A DNA stretch of 64,000 nt from Eledone cirrhosa. Its lineage: Eukaryota. The position numbers and the translations under genes are program-made. The stretch covers positions 427,862,001-427,926,000 of the forward strand of contig OZ024740.1 of the NCBI GenBank assembly GCA_964016885.1, given 5' to 3'. Below, piece after piece: positions 1 through 15,000 of the stretch. Numbering within the stretch: the first letter of the stretch is position 1; each line of letters opens with the position of its first letter. The notes under the pieces are model-generated. The model ran no database searches and had not been told where the DNA came from. It worked only from the letters and a program-made list of their open reading frames with translations.

Positions 1-3000
1 GTTATATAAAACTCTACCCTATCTCAGTGTACCATAGTTATATAAAAGTCTACCCTATCTCAGTGTACCATAGTTATATAAAACTCTACCCTATCTCAGT
101 GTACCATAGTTGTATAAAACTCTACCCTATCTCACTGTACCATAGTTATATAAAACTCTACCCTATCTCACTGTACCATAGTTATATAAAACTCTACCCT
201 ATCTCACTGTACCATAGTTATATAAAACTCTACACTATCTCACTGTACCATAGTTATATAAAACTCTACCCTATCTCACTGTACCATAGTTATATAAAAC
301 TCTACCCTATCTCACTGTACCATAGTTATATAAAACTCTACCCTATCTCACTGTACCATAGTTATATAAAACTCTACCCTATCTCACTGTACCATAGTTA
401 TATAAAACTCTACCCTATCTCACTGTACCATAGTTATATAAAACTCTACCCTATCTCAGTGTTGTATAGTTATATAAAACTCTACACTATCTCACTGTAC
501 CATAGTTATATAAAACTCTACCCTATCTCACTGTACCATAGTTATATAAAACTCTACCCTATCTCACTGTACCATAGTTATATAAAACTCTACCCTATCT
601 CAGTGTTGTATAGTTATATAAAACTCTACCTTATCTCAGTGTTGTATAGTTATATAAAACTCTACCCTATCTCAGTTTTGTATAGTTATATAAAACTGTA
701 CGCTATCACAGTATACCATAGTTATATAAAACTCTACCCTATCTCAGTGTACCATAGTTATATAAAACTCTACCCTATCTCACTCTACCATAGTTATATA
801 AAACTCTACCCTATCTCAGTGTACCATAGCTATATAAAACTCTACCCTATCTCAGTGTACCATAGTTATATAAAACTCTACCCTATCTCACTGTACCATA
901 GTTATATAAAACTCTACCCTATCTCACTGTACCATAGTTATATAAAACTCTACCCTATCTCAGTGTACCATAGTTATATAAAACTCTACCCTATCTCACT
1001 GTACCATAGTTATATAAAACTCTACCCTATCTCAGTTTACCATAGTTATATAAAACTCTACCCTATCTCACTGTACCATAGTTATATAAAACTCTACCCT
1101 ATCTCACTATACCATAGTCATATAAAACTCTACCCTATCTCAGTGTACCATAGTTATATAAAACTCTACCCTATCTCACTATACCATAGTTATATAAAAC
1201 TCTACCCTATCTCACTCTACCATAGTTATATAAAACTCTACCCTATCTCACTGTACCATAGTTATATAAAACTCTACCCTATCTCACTGTACCATAGTTA
1301 TATAAAACTCTACCCTATCTCACTGTACCATAGTTATATAAAACTCTACCCTATCTCAGTGTTGTATAGTTATATAAAACTCTACACTATCTCACTGTAC
1401 CATAGTTATATAAAACTCTACCCTATCTCACTGTACCATAGTTATATAAAACTCTACCCTATCTCACTGTACCATAGTTATATAAAACTCTACCCTATCT
1501 CAGTGTTGTATAGTTATATAAAACTCTACCTTATCTCAGTTTTGTATAGTTATATAAAACTCTACCCTATCTCAGTGTTGTATAGTTATATAAAACTGTA
1601 CGCTATCACAGTATACCATAGTTATATAAAACTCTACCCTATCTCAGTGTACCATAGTTATATAAAACTCTACCCTATCTCACTCTACCATAGTTATATA
1701 AAACTCTACCCTATCTCAGTGTACCATAGCTATATAAAACTCTACCCTATCTCAGTGTACCATAGTTATATAAAACTCTACCCTATCTCACTGTACCATA
1801 GTTATATAAAACTCTACCCTATCTCACTGTACCATAATTATATAAAACTCTACCCTATCTCAGTGTACCATAGTTATATAAAACTCTACCCTATCTCACT
1901 GTACCATAGTTATATAAAACTCTACCCTATCTCAGTTTACCATAGTTATATAAAACTCTACCCTATCTCAGTGTTGTATAGTTATATAAAAATCTACCCT
2001 ATCTCAGTGTTGTATAGTTATATAAAACTCTACCCTATCTCAGTGTTGTATAGTTATATAAAACTCTACCCTATCTCACTGTACCATAGTTATATAAAAC
2101 TCTACCCTATCTCACTATACCATAGTCATATAAAACTCTACCCTATCTCAGTGCACCATAGTTATATAAAACTCTACCCTATCTCACTATACCATAGTTA
2201 TATAAAACTCTACCCTATCTCACTCTACCATAGTTATATAAAACTCTACCCTATCTCAGTGTTGTATAGTTATATAAAACTCTACCCTATCTCACTGTAC
2301 CATAGTTATATAAAACTCTACCCTATCTCAGTGTACCATAGTTATATAAAACTCTACCCTCTCTCAGTGTTGTATAGTTATATAATACTCTACCCTATCT
2401 CACCGTACCATAGTTATATAAAAATCTACCCTATCTCACAGTACCATAGTTATATAAAACTCTACCCTATCTCACTGTACCATAGTTATATAAAACTCTA
2501 CCCTATCTCAGTGTACCATAGTCATATAAAACTCTACCCTATCTCAGTGTACCATAGTTATATAAAACTCTACCCTATCTCAGTGTTGTATAGTTATATA
2601 AAACTCTACCCTATCTCAGTGTACCATAGTTATATAAAAATCTACCCTATCTCACTGTACCATAGTTATATAAAACTCTACCCTATCTCACTGTACCATA
2701 GTTATATAAAACTCTACCCTATCTCAGTGTTGTATAGTTATATAAAACTCTACACTATCTCACTGTACCATAGTTATATAAAACTCTACCCTATCTCACT
2801 GTACCATAGTTATATAAAACTCTACCCTATCTCACTGTACCATAGTTATATAAAACTCTACCCTATCTCAGTGTTGTATAGTTATATAAAACTCTACCTT
2901 ATCTCAGTTTTGTATAGTTATATAAAACTCTACCCTATCTCAGTGTTGTATAGTTATATAAAACTGTACGCTATCACAGTATACCATAGTTATATAAAAC

Positions 3001-6000
3001 TCTACCCTATCTCAGTGTACCATAGTTATATAAAACTCTACCCTATCTCACTCTACCATAGTTATATAAAACTCTACCCTATCTCAGTGTACCATAGCTA
3101 TATAAAACTCTACCCTATCTCAGTGTACCATAGTTATATAAAACTCTACCCTATCTCACTGTACCATAGTTATATAAAACTCTACCCTATCTCACTGTAC
3201 CATACTTATATAAAACTCTACCCTATCTCAGTGTACCATAGTTATATAAAACTCTACCCTATCTCACTGTACCATAGTTATATAAAACTCTACCCTATCT
3301 CAGTTTACCATAGTTATATAAAACTCTACCCTATCTCAGTGTTGTATAGTTATATAAAAATCTACCCTATCTCAGTGTTGTATAGTTATATAAAACTCTA
3401 CCCTATCTCAGTGTTGTATAGTTATATAAAACTCTACCCTATCTCACTGTACCATAGTTATATAAAACTCTACCCTATCTCACTATACCATAGTCATATA
3501 AAACTCTACCCTATCTCAGTGCACCATAGTTATATAAAACTCTACCCTATCTCACTATACCATAGTTATATAAAACTCTACCCTATCTCACTCTACCATA
3601 GTTATATAAAACTCTACCCTATCTCAGTGTTGTATAGTTATATAAAACTCTACCCTATCTCACTGTACCATAGTTATATAAAACTCTACCCTATCTCAGT
3701 GTACCATAGTTATATAAAACTCTACCCTCTCTCAGTGTTGTATAGTTATATAATACTCTACCCTATCTCACCGTACCATAGTTATATAAAAATCTACCCT
3801 ATCTCACAGTACCATAGTTATATAAAACTCTACCCTATCTCACTGTACCATAGTTATATAAAACTCTACCCTATCTCAGTGTACCATAGTCATATAAAAC
3901 TCTACCCTATCTCAGTGTACCATAGTTATATAAAACTCTACCCTATCTCAGTGTTGTATAGTTATATAAAACTCTACCCTATCTCAGTGTACCATAGTTA
4001 TATAAAAATCTACCCTATCTCACTGTACCATAGTTATATAAAACTCTACCCTATCTCACTGTACCATAGTTATATAAAACTCTACCCTATCTCAGTGTTG
4101 TATAGTTATATAAAACTCTACCTTATGTCAGTGTTGTATAGTTATATAAAACTCTACCCTATCTCAGTTTTGTATAGTTATATAAAACTGTTCGCTATCA
4201 CAGTATACCATAGTTATATAAAACTCTACCCTATCTCAGTGTACCATAGTTATATAAAACTCTACCCTATCTCAGTGTACCAAAGTTATATAAAACTCTA
4301 CCCTATCTCAGTGTACCATAGCTATATAAAACTCTACCCTATCTCAGTGTACCATAGTTATATAAAACTCTACCCTATCTCACTGTACCATAGTTATATA
4401 AAACTCTACCCTATCTCACTGTACCATAGTTATATAAAACTCTACCCTATCTCAGTGTACCATAGTTATATAAAACTCTACCCTATCTCACTGTACCATA
4501 GTTATATAAAACTCTACCCTATCTCAGTGTTGTATAGTTATATAAAAATCTACCCTATCTCAGTGTTGTATAGTTATATAAAACTCTACCCTATCTCAGT
4601 GTTGTATAGTTATATAAAACTCTACCCTATCTCACTGTACCATAGTTATATAAAACTCTACCCTATCTCACTCTACCATAGTCATATAAAACTCTACCCT
4701 ATCTCACTGTACCATAGTTATATAAAACTCTACCCTATCTCACTGTACCATAGTTATATAAAACTCTACCCTATCTCAGTGTTGTATAGTTATATAAAAC
4801 TCTACACTATCTCACTGTACCATAGTTATATAAAACTCTACCCTATCTCACTGTACCATAGTTATATAAAACTCTACCCTATCTCACTGTACCATAGTTA
4901 TATAAAACTCTACCCTATCTCAGTGTTGTATAGTTATATAAAACTCTACCTTATCTCAGTGTTGTATAGTTATATAAAACTCTACCCTATCTCAGTTTTG
5001 TATAGTTATATAAAACTGTACGCTATCACAGTATACCATAGTTATATAAAACTCTACCCTATCTCAGTGTACCATAGTTATATAAAACTCTACCCTATCT
5101 CACTCTACCATAGTTATATAAAACTCTACCCTATCTCAGTGTACCATAGCTATATAAAACTCTACCCTATCTCAGTGTACCATAGTTATATAAAACTCTA
5201 CCCTATCTCACTGTACCATAGTTATATAAAACTCTACCCTATCTCACTGTACCATAGTTATATAAAACTCTACCCTATCTCAGTGTACCATAGTTATATA
5301 AAACTCTACCCTATCTCACTGTACCATAGTTATATAAAACTCTACCCTATCTCAGTTTACCATAGTTATATAAAACTCTACCCTATCTCAGTGTTGTATA
5401 GTTATATAAAAATCTACCCTATCTCAGTGTTGTATAATTATATAAAACTCTACCCTAACTCAGTGTTGTATAGTTATATAAAACTCTACCCTATCTCACT
5501 GTACCATAGTTATATAAAACTCTACCCTATCTCACTATACCATAGTCATATAAAACTCTACCCTATCTCAGTGTACCATAGTTATATAAAACTCTACCCT
5601 ATCTCACTATACCATAGTTATATAAAACTCTACCCTATCTCACTCTACCATAGTTATATAAAACTCTACCCTATCTCACTGTACCATAGTTATATAAAAC
5701 TCTACCCTATCTCACTCTACCATAGTTATATAAAACTCTACCCTATCTCACTGTACCATAGTTATATAAAACTCTACCCTATCTCAGTGTTGTATAGTTA
5801 TATAAAACTCTACACTATCTCACTGTACCATAGTTATATAAAACTCTACCCTATCTCACTGTACCATAGTTATATAAAACTCTACCCTATCTCACTGTAC
5901 CATAGTTATATAAAACTCTACCCTATCTCAGTGTTGTATAGTTATATAAAACTCTACCTTATCTCAGTTTTGTATAGTTATATAAAACTCTACCCTATCT

Positions 6001-9000
6001 CAGTGTTGTATAGTTATATAAAACTGTACGCTATCACAGTATACCATAGTTATATAAAACTCTACCCTATCTCAGTGTACCATAGTTATATAAAACTCTA
6101 CCCTATCTCACTCTACCATAGTTATATAAAACTCTACCCTATCTCAGTGTACCATAGCTATATAAAACTCTACCCTATCTCAGTGTACCATAGTTATATA
6201 AAACTCTACCCTATCTCACTGTACCATAGTTATATAAAACTCTACCCTATCTCACTGTACCATACTTATATAAAACTCTACCCTATCTCAGTGTACCATA
6301 GTTATATAAAACTCTACCCTATCTCACTGTACCATAGTTATATAAAACTCTACCCTATCTCAGTTTACCATAGTTATATAAAACTCTACCCTATCTCAGT
6401 GTTGTATAGTTATATAAAAATCTACCCTATCTCAGTGTTGTATAGTTATATAAAACTCTACCCTATCTCAGTGTTGTATAGTTATATAAAACTCTACCCT
6501 ATCTCACTGTACCATAGTTATATAAAACTCTACCCTATCTCACTATACCATAGTCATATAAAACTCTACCCTATCTCAGTGCACCATAGTTATATAAAAC
6601 TCTACCCTATCTCACTATACCATAGTTATATAAAACTCTACCCTATCTCACTCTACCATAGTTATATAAAACTCTACCCTATCTCAGTGTTGTATAGTTA
6701 TATAAAACTCTACCCTATCTCACTGTACCATAGTTATATAAAACTCTACCCTATCTCAGTGTACCATAGTTATATAAAACTCTACCCTCTCTCAGTGTTG
6801 TATAGTTATATAATACTCTACCCTATCTCACCGTACCATAGTTATATAAAAATCTACCCTATCTCACAGTACCATAGTTATATAAAACTCTACCCTATCT
6901 CACTGTACCATAGTTATATAAAACTCTACCCTATCTCAGTGTACCATAGTCATATAAAACTCTACCCTATCTCAGTGTACCATAGTTATATAAAACTCTA
7001 CCCTATCTCAGTGTTGTATAGTTATATAAAACTCTACCCTATCTCAGTGTACCATAGTTATATAAAAATCTACCCTATCTCACTGTACCATAGTTATATA
7101 AAACTCTACCCTATCTCACTGTACCATAGTTATATAAAACTCTACCCTATCTCAGTGTTGTATAGTTATATAAAACTCTACCTTATGTCAGTGTTGTATA
7201 GTTATATAAAACTCTACCCTATCTCAGTTTTGTATAGTTATATAAAACTGTTCGCTATCACAGTATACCATAGTTATATAAAACTCTACCCTATCTCAGT
7301 GTACCATAGTTATATAAAACTCTACCCTATCTCAGTGTACCATAGTTATATAAAACTCTACCCTATCTCAGTGTACCATAGCTATATAAAACTCTACCCT
7401 ATCTCAGTGTACCATAGTTATATAAAACTCTACCCTATCTCACTGTACCATAGTTATATAAAACTCTACCCTATCTCACTGTACCATAGTTATATAAAAC
7501 TCTACCCTATCTCAGTGTACCATAGTTATATAAAACTCTACCCTATCTCACTGTACCATAGTTATATAAAACTCTACCCTATCTCAGTGTTGTATAGTTA
7601 TATAAAAATCTACCCTATCTCAGTGTTGTATAGTTATATAAAACTCTACCCTATCTCAGTGTTGTATAGTTATATAAAACTCTACCCTATCTCACTGTAC
7701 CATAGTTATATAAAACTCTACCCTATCTCACTATACCATAGTCATATAAAACTCTACCCTATCTCACTGTACCATAGTTATATAAAACTCTACCCTATCT
7801 CACTGTACCATAGTTATATAAAACTCTACCCTATCTCAGTGTTGTATAGTTATATAAAACTCTACACTATCTCACTGTACCATAGTTATATAAAACTCTA
7901 CCCTATCTCACTGTACCATAGTTATATAAAACTCTACCCTATCTCACTGTACCATAGTTATATAAAACTCTACCCTATCTCAGTGTTGTATAGTTATATA
8001 AAACTCTACACTATCTCACTGTACCATAGTTATATAAAACTCTACCCTATCTCACTGTACCATAGTTATATAAAACTCTACCCTATCTCACTGTACCATA
8101 GTTATATAAAACTCTACCCTATCTCAGTGTTGTATAGTTATATAAAACTCTACCTTATCTCAGTTTTGTATAGTTATATAAAACTCTACCCTATCTCAGT
8201 GTTGTATAGTTATATAAAACTGTACGCTATCACAGTATACCATAGTTATATAAAACTCTACCCTATCTCAGTGTACCATAGTTATATAAAACTCTACCCT
8301 ATCTCACTCTACCATAGTTATATAAAACTCTACCCTATCTCAGTGTACCATAGCTATATAAAACTCTACCCTATCTCAGTGTACCATAGTTATATAAAAC
8401 TCTACCCTATCTCACTGTACCATAGTTATATAAAACTCTACCCTATCTCACTGTACCATACTTATATAAAACTCTACCCTATCTCAGTGTACCATAGTTA
8501 TATAAAACTCTACCCTATCTCACTGTACCATAGTTATATAAAACTCTACCCTATCTCAGTTTACCATAGTTATATAAAACTCTACCCTATCTCAGTGTTG
8601 TATAGTTATATAAAACTCTACCCTATCTCAGTGTTGTATAGTTATATAAAACTCTACCCTATCTCACTGTACCATAGTTATATAAAACTCTACCCTATCT
8701 CAGTGTTGTATAGTTATATAAAACTCTACCCTATCTCACTGTACCATAGTTATATAAAACTCTACCCTATCTCAGTGTACCATAGTTATATAAAACTCTA
8801 CCCTCTCTCAGTGTTGTATAGTTATATAATACTCTACCCTATCTCACCGTACCATAGTTATATAAAAATCTACCCTATCTCACAGTACCATAGTTATATA
8901 AAACTCTACCCTATCTCACTGTACCATAGTTATATAAAACTCTACCCTATCTCAGTGTACCATAGTCATATAAAACTCTACCCTATCTCAGTGTACCATA

Positions 9001-12000
9001 GTTATATAAAACTCTACCCTATCTCAGTGTTGTATAGTTATATAAAACTCTACCCTATCTCAGTGTACCATAGTTATATAAAAATCTACCCTATCTCACT
9101 GTACCATAGTTATATAAAACTCTACCCTATCTCACTGTACCATAGTTATATAAAACTCTACCCTATCTCAGTGTTGTATAGTTATATAAAACTCTACCTT
9201 ATGTCAGTGTTGTATAGTTATATAAAACTCTACCCTATCTCAGTTTTGTATAGTTATATAAAACTGTTCGCTATCACAGTATACCATAGTTATATAAAAC
9301 TCTACCCTATCTCACTGTACCATAGTTATATAAAACTCTACCCTATCTCACTCTACCATAGTTATATAAAACTCTACCCTATCTCACTGTACCATAGTTA
9401 TATAAAACTCTACCCTATCTCAGTGTTGTATAGTTATATAAAACTCTACACTATCTCACTGTACCATAGTTATATAAAACTCTACCCTATCTCACTGTAC
9501 CATAGTTATATAAAACTCTACCCTATCTCACTGTACCATAGTTATATAAAACTCTACCCTATCTCAGTGTTGTATAGTTATATAAAACTCTACCTTATCT
9601 CAGTTTTGTATAGTTATATAAAACTCTACCCTATCTCAGTGTTGTATAGTTATATAAAACTGTACGCTATCACAGTATACCATAGTTATATAAAACTCTA
9701 CCCTATCTCAGTGTACCATAGTTATATAAAACTCTACCCTATCTCACTCTACCATAGTTATATAAAACTCTACCCTATCTCAGTGTACCATAGCTATATA
9801 AAACTCTACCCTATCTCAGTGTACCATAGTTATATAAAACTCTACCCTATCTCACTGTACCATAGTTATATAAAACTCTACCCTATCTCACTGTACCATA
9901 CTTATATAAAACTCTACCCTATCTCAGTGTACCATAGTTATATAAAACTCTACCCTATCTCACTGTACCATAGTTATATAAAACTCTACCCTATCTCAGT
10001 TTACCATAGTTATATAAAACTCTACCCTATCTCAGTGTTGTATAGTTATATAAAAATCTACCCTATCTCAGTGTTGTATAGTTATATAAAACTCTACCCT
10101 ATCTCAGTGTTGTATAGTTATATAAAACTCTACCCTATCTCACTGTACCATAGTTATATAAAACTCTACCCTATCTCACTATACCATAGTCATATAAAAC
10201 TCTACCCTATCTCAGTGCACCATAGTTATATAAAACTCTACCCTATCTCACTATACCATAGTTATATAAAACTCTACCCTATCTCACTCTACCATAGTTA
10301 TATAAAACTCTACCCTATCTCAGTGTTGTATAGTTATATAAAACTCTACCCTATCTCACTGTACCATAGTTATATAAAACTCTACCCTATCTCAGTGTAC
10401 CATAGTTATATAAAACTCTACCCTCTCTCAGTGTTGTATAGTTATATAATACTCTACCCTATCTCACCGTACCATAGTTATATAAAAATCTACCCTATCT
10501 CACAGTACCATAGTTATATAAAACTCTACCCTATCTCACTGTACCATAGTTATATAAAACTCTACCCTATCTCAGTGTACCATAGTCATATAAAACTCTA
10601 CCCTATCTCAGTGTACCATAGTTATATAAAACTCTACCCTATCTCAGTGTTGTATAGTTATATAAAACTCTACCCTATCTCAGTGTACCATAGTTATATA
10701 AAAATCTACCCTATCTCACTGTACCATAGTTATATAAAACTCTACCCTATCTCACTGTACCATAGTTATATAAAACTCTACCCTATCTCAGTGTTGTATA
10801 GTTATATAAAACTCTACCTTATGTCAGTGTTGTATAGTTATATAAAACTCTACCCTATCTCAGTTTTGTATAGTTATATAAAACTGTTCGCTATCACAGT
10901 ATACCATAGTTATATAAAACTCTACCCTATCTCAGTGTACCATAGTTATATAAAACTCTACCCTATCTCAGTGTACCATAGTTATATAAAACTCTACCCT
11001 ATCTCAGTGTACCATAGCTATATAAAACTCTACCCTATCTCAGTGTACCATAGTTATATAAAACTCTACCCTATCTCACTGTACCATAGTTATATAAAAC
11101 TCTACCCTATCTCACTGTACCATAGTTATATAAAACTCTACCCTATCTCAGTGTACCATAGTTATATAAAACTCTACCCTATCTCACTGTACCATAGTTA
11201 TATAAAACTCTACCCTATCTCAGTGTTGTATAGTTATATAAAAATCTACCCTATCTCAGTGTTGTATAGTTATATAAAACTCTACCCTATCTCAGTGTTG
11301 TATAGTTATATAAAACTCTACCCTATCTCACTGTACCATAGTTATATAAAACTCTACCCTATCTCACTATACCATAGTCATATAAAACTCTACCCTATCT
11401 CACTGTACCATAGTTATATAAAACTCTACCCTATCTCACTGTACCATAGTTATATAAAACTCTACCCTATCTCAGTGTTGTATAGTTATATAAAACTCTA
11501 CACTATCTCACTGTACCATAGTTATATAAAACTCTACCCTATCTCACTGTACCATAGTTATATAAAACTCTACCCTATCTCACTGTACCATAGTTATATA
11601 AAACTCTACCCTATCTCAGTGTTGTATAGTTATATAAAACTCTACACTATCTCACTGTACCATAGTTATATAAAACTCTACCCTATCTCACTGTACCATA
11701 GTTATATAAAACTCTACCCTATCTCACTGTACCATAGTTATATAAAACTCTACCCTATCTCAGTGTTGTATAGTTATATAAAACTCTACCTTATCTCAGT
11801 TTTGTATAGTTATATAAAACTCTACCCTATCTCAGTGTTGTATAGTTATATAAAACTGTACGCTATCACAGTATACCATAGTTATATAAAACTCTACCCT
11901 ATCTCAGTGTACCATAGTTATATAAAACTCTACCCTATCTCACTCTACCATAGTTATATAAAACTCTACCCTATCTCAGTGTACCATAGCTATATAAAAC

Positions 12001-15000
12001 TCTACCCTATCTCAGTGTACCATAGTTATATAAAACTCTACCCTATCTCACTGTACCATAGTTATATAAAACTCTACCCTATCTCACTGTACCATACTTA
12101 TATAAAACTCTACCCTATCTCAGTGTACCATAGTTATATAAAACTCTACCCTATCTCACTGTACCATAGTTATATAAAACTCTACCCTATCTCAGTTTAC
12201 CATAGTTATATAAAACTCTACCCTATCTCAGTGTTGTATAGTTATATAAAACTCTACCCTATCTCAGTGTTGTATAGTTATATAAAACTCTACCCTATCT
12301 CACTGTACCATAGTTATATAAAACTCTACCCTATCTCAGTGTTGTATAGTTATATAAAACTCTACCCTATCTCACTGTACCATAGTTATATAAAACTCTA
12401 CCCTATCTCAGTGTACCATAGTTATATAAAACTCTACCCTCTCTCAGTGTTGTATAGTTATATAATACTCTACCCTATCTCACCGTACCATAGTTATATA
12501 AAAATCTACCCTATCTCACAGTACCATAGTTATATAAAACTCTACCCTATCTCACTGTACCATAGTTATATAAAACTCTACCCTATCTCAGTGTACCATA
12601 GTCATATAAAACTCTACCCTATCTCAGTGTACCATAGTTATATAAAACTCTACCCTATCTCAGTGTTGTATAGTTATATAAAACTCTACCCTATCTCAGT
12701 GTACCATAGTTATATAAAAATCTACCCTATCTCACTGTACCATAGTTATATAAAACTCTACCCTATCTCACTGTACCATAGTTATATAAAACTCTACCCT
12801 ATCTCAGTGTTGTATAGTTATATAAAACTCTACCTTATGTCAGTGTTGTATAGTTATATAAAACTCTACCCTATCTCAGTTTTGTATAGTTATATAAAAC
12901 TGTTCGCTATCACAGTATACCATAGTTATATAAAACTCTACCCTATCTCAGTGTACCATAGTTATATAAAACTCTACCCTATCTCAGTGTACCAAAGTTA
13001 TATAAAACTCTACCCTATCTCAGTGTACCATAGCTATATAAAACTCTACCCTATCTCAGTGTACCATAGTTATATAAAACTCTACCCTATCTCACTGTAC
13101 CATAGTTATATAAAACTCTACCCTATCTCACTGTACCATAGTTATATAAAACTCTACCCTATCTCAGTGTACCATAGTTATATAAAACTCTACCCTATCT
13201 CACTGTACCATAGTTATATAAAACTCTACCCTATCTCAGTGTTGTATAGTTATATAAAAATCTACCCTATCTCAGTGTTGTATAGTTATATAAAACTCTA
13301 CCCTATCTCAGTGTTGTATAGTTATATAAAACTCTACCCTATCTCACTGTACCATAGTTATATAAAACTCTACCCTATCTCACTCTACCATAGTCATATA
13401 AAACTCTACCCTATCTCACTGTACCATAGTTATATAAAACTCTACCCTATCTCACTGTACCATAGTTATATAAAACTCTACCCTATCTCAGTGTTGTATA
13501 GTTATATAAAACTCTACACTATCTCACTGTACCATAGTTATATAAAACTCTACCCTATCTCACTGTACCATAGTTATATAAAACTCTACCCTATCTCACT
13601 GTACCATAGTTATATAAAACTCTACCCTATCTCAGTGTTGTATAGTTATATAAAACTCTACCTTATCTCAGTGTTGTATAGTTATATAAAACTCTACCCT
13701 ATCTCAGTTTTGTATAGTTATATAAAACTGTACGCTATCACAGTATACCATAGTTATATAAAACTCTACCCTATCTCAGTGTACCATAGTTATATAAAAC
13801 TCTACCCTATCTCACTCTACCATAGTTATATAAAACTCTACCCTATCTCAGTGTACCATAGCTATATAAAACTCTACCCTATCTCAGTGTACCATAGTTA
13901 TATAAAACTCTACCCTATCTCACTGTACCATAGTTATATAAAACTCTACCCTATCTCACTGTACCATAGTTATATAAAACTCTACCCTATCTCAGTGTAC
14001 CATAGTTATATAAAACTCTACCCTATCTCACTGTACCATAGTTATATAAAACTCTACCCTATCTCAGTTTACCATAGTTATATAAAACTCTACCCTATCT
14101 CAGTGTTGTATAGTTATATAAAAATCTACCCTATCTCAGTGTTGTATAATTATATAAAACTCTACCCTATCTCAGTGTTGTATAGTTATATAAAACTCTA
14201 CCCTATCTCACTGTACCATAGTTATATAAAACTCTACCCTATCTCACTATACCATAGTCATATAAAACTCTACCCTATCTCAGTGTACCATAGTTATATA
14301 AAACTCTACCCTATCTCACTATACCATAGTTATATAAAACTCTACCCTATCTCACTCTACCATAGTTATATAAAACTCTACCCTATCTCACTGTACCATA
14401 GTTATATAAAACTCTACCCTATCTCACTCTACCATAGTTATATAAAACTCTACCCTATCTCACTGTACCATAGTTATATAAAACTCTACCCTATCTCAGT
14501 GTTGTATAGTTATATAAAACTCTACACTATCTCACTGTACCATAGTTATATAAAACTCTACCCTATCTCACTGTACCATAGTTATATAAAACTCTACCCT
14601 ATCTCACTGTACCATAGTTATATAAAACTCTACCCTATCTCAGTGTTGTATAGTTATATAAAACTCTACCTTATCTCAGTTTTGTATAGTTATATAAAAC
14701 TCTACCCTATCTCAGTGTTGTATAGTTATATAAAACTGTACGCTATCACAGTATACCATAGTTATATAAAACTCTACCCTATCTCAGTGTACCATAGTTA
14801 TATAAAACTCTACCCTATCTCACTCTACCATAGTTATATAAAACTCTACCCTATCTCAGTGTACCATAGCTATATAAAACTCTACCCTATCTCAGTGTAC
14901 CATAGTTATATAAAACTCTACCCTATCTCACTGTACCATAGTTATATAAAACTCTACCCTATCTCACTGTACCATACTTATATAAAACTCTACCCTATCT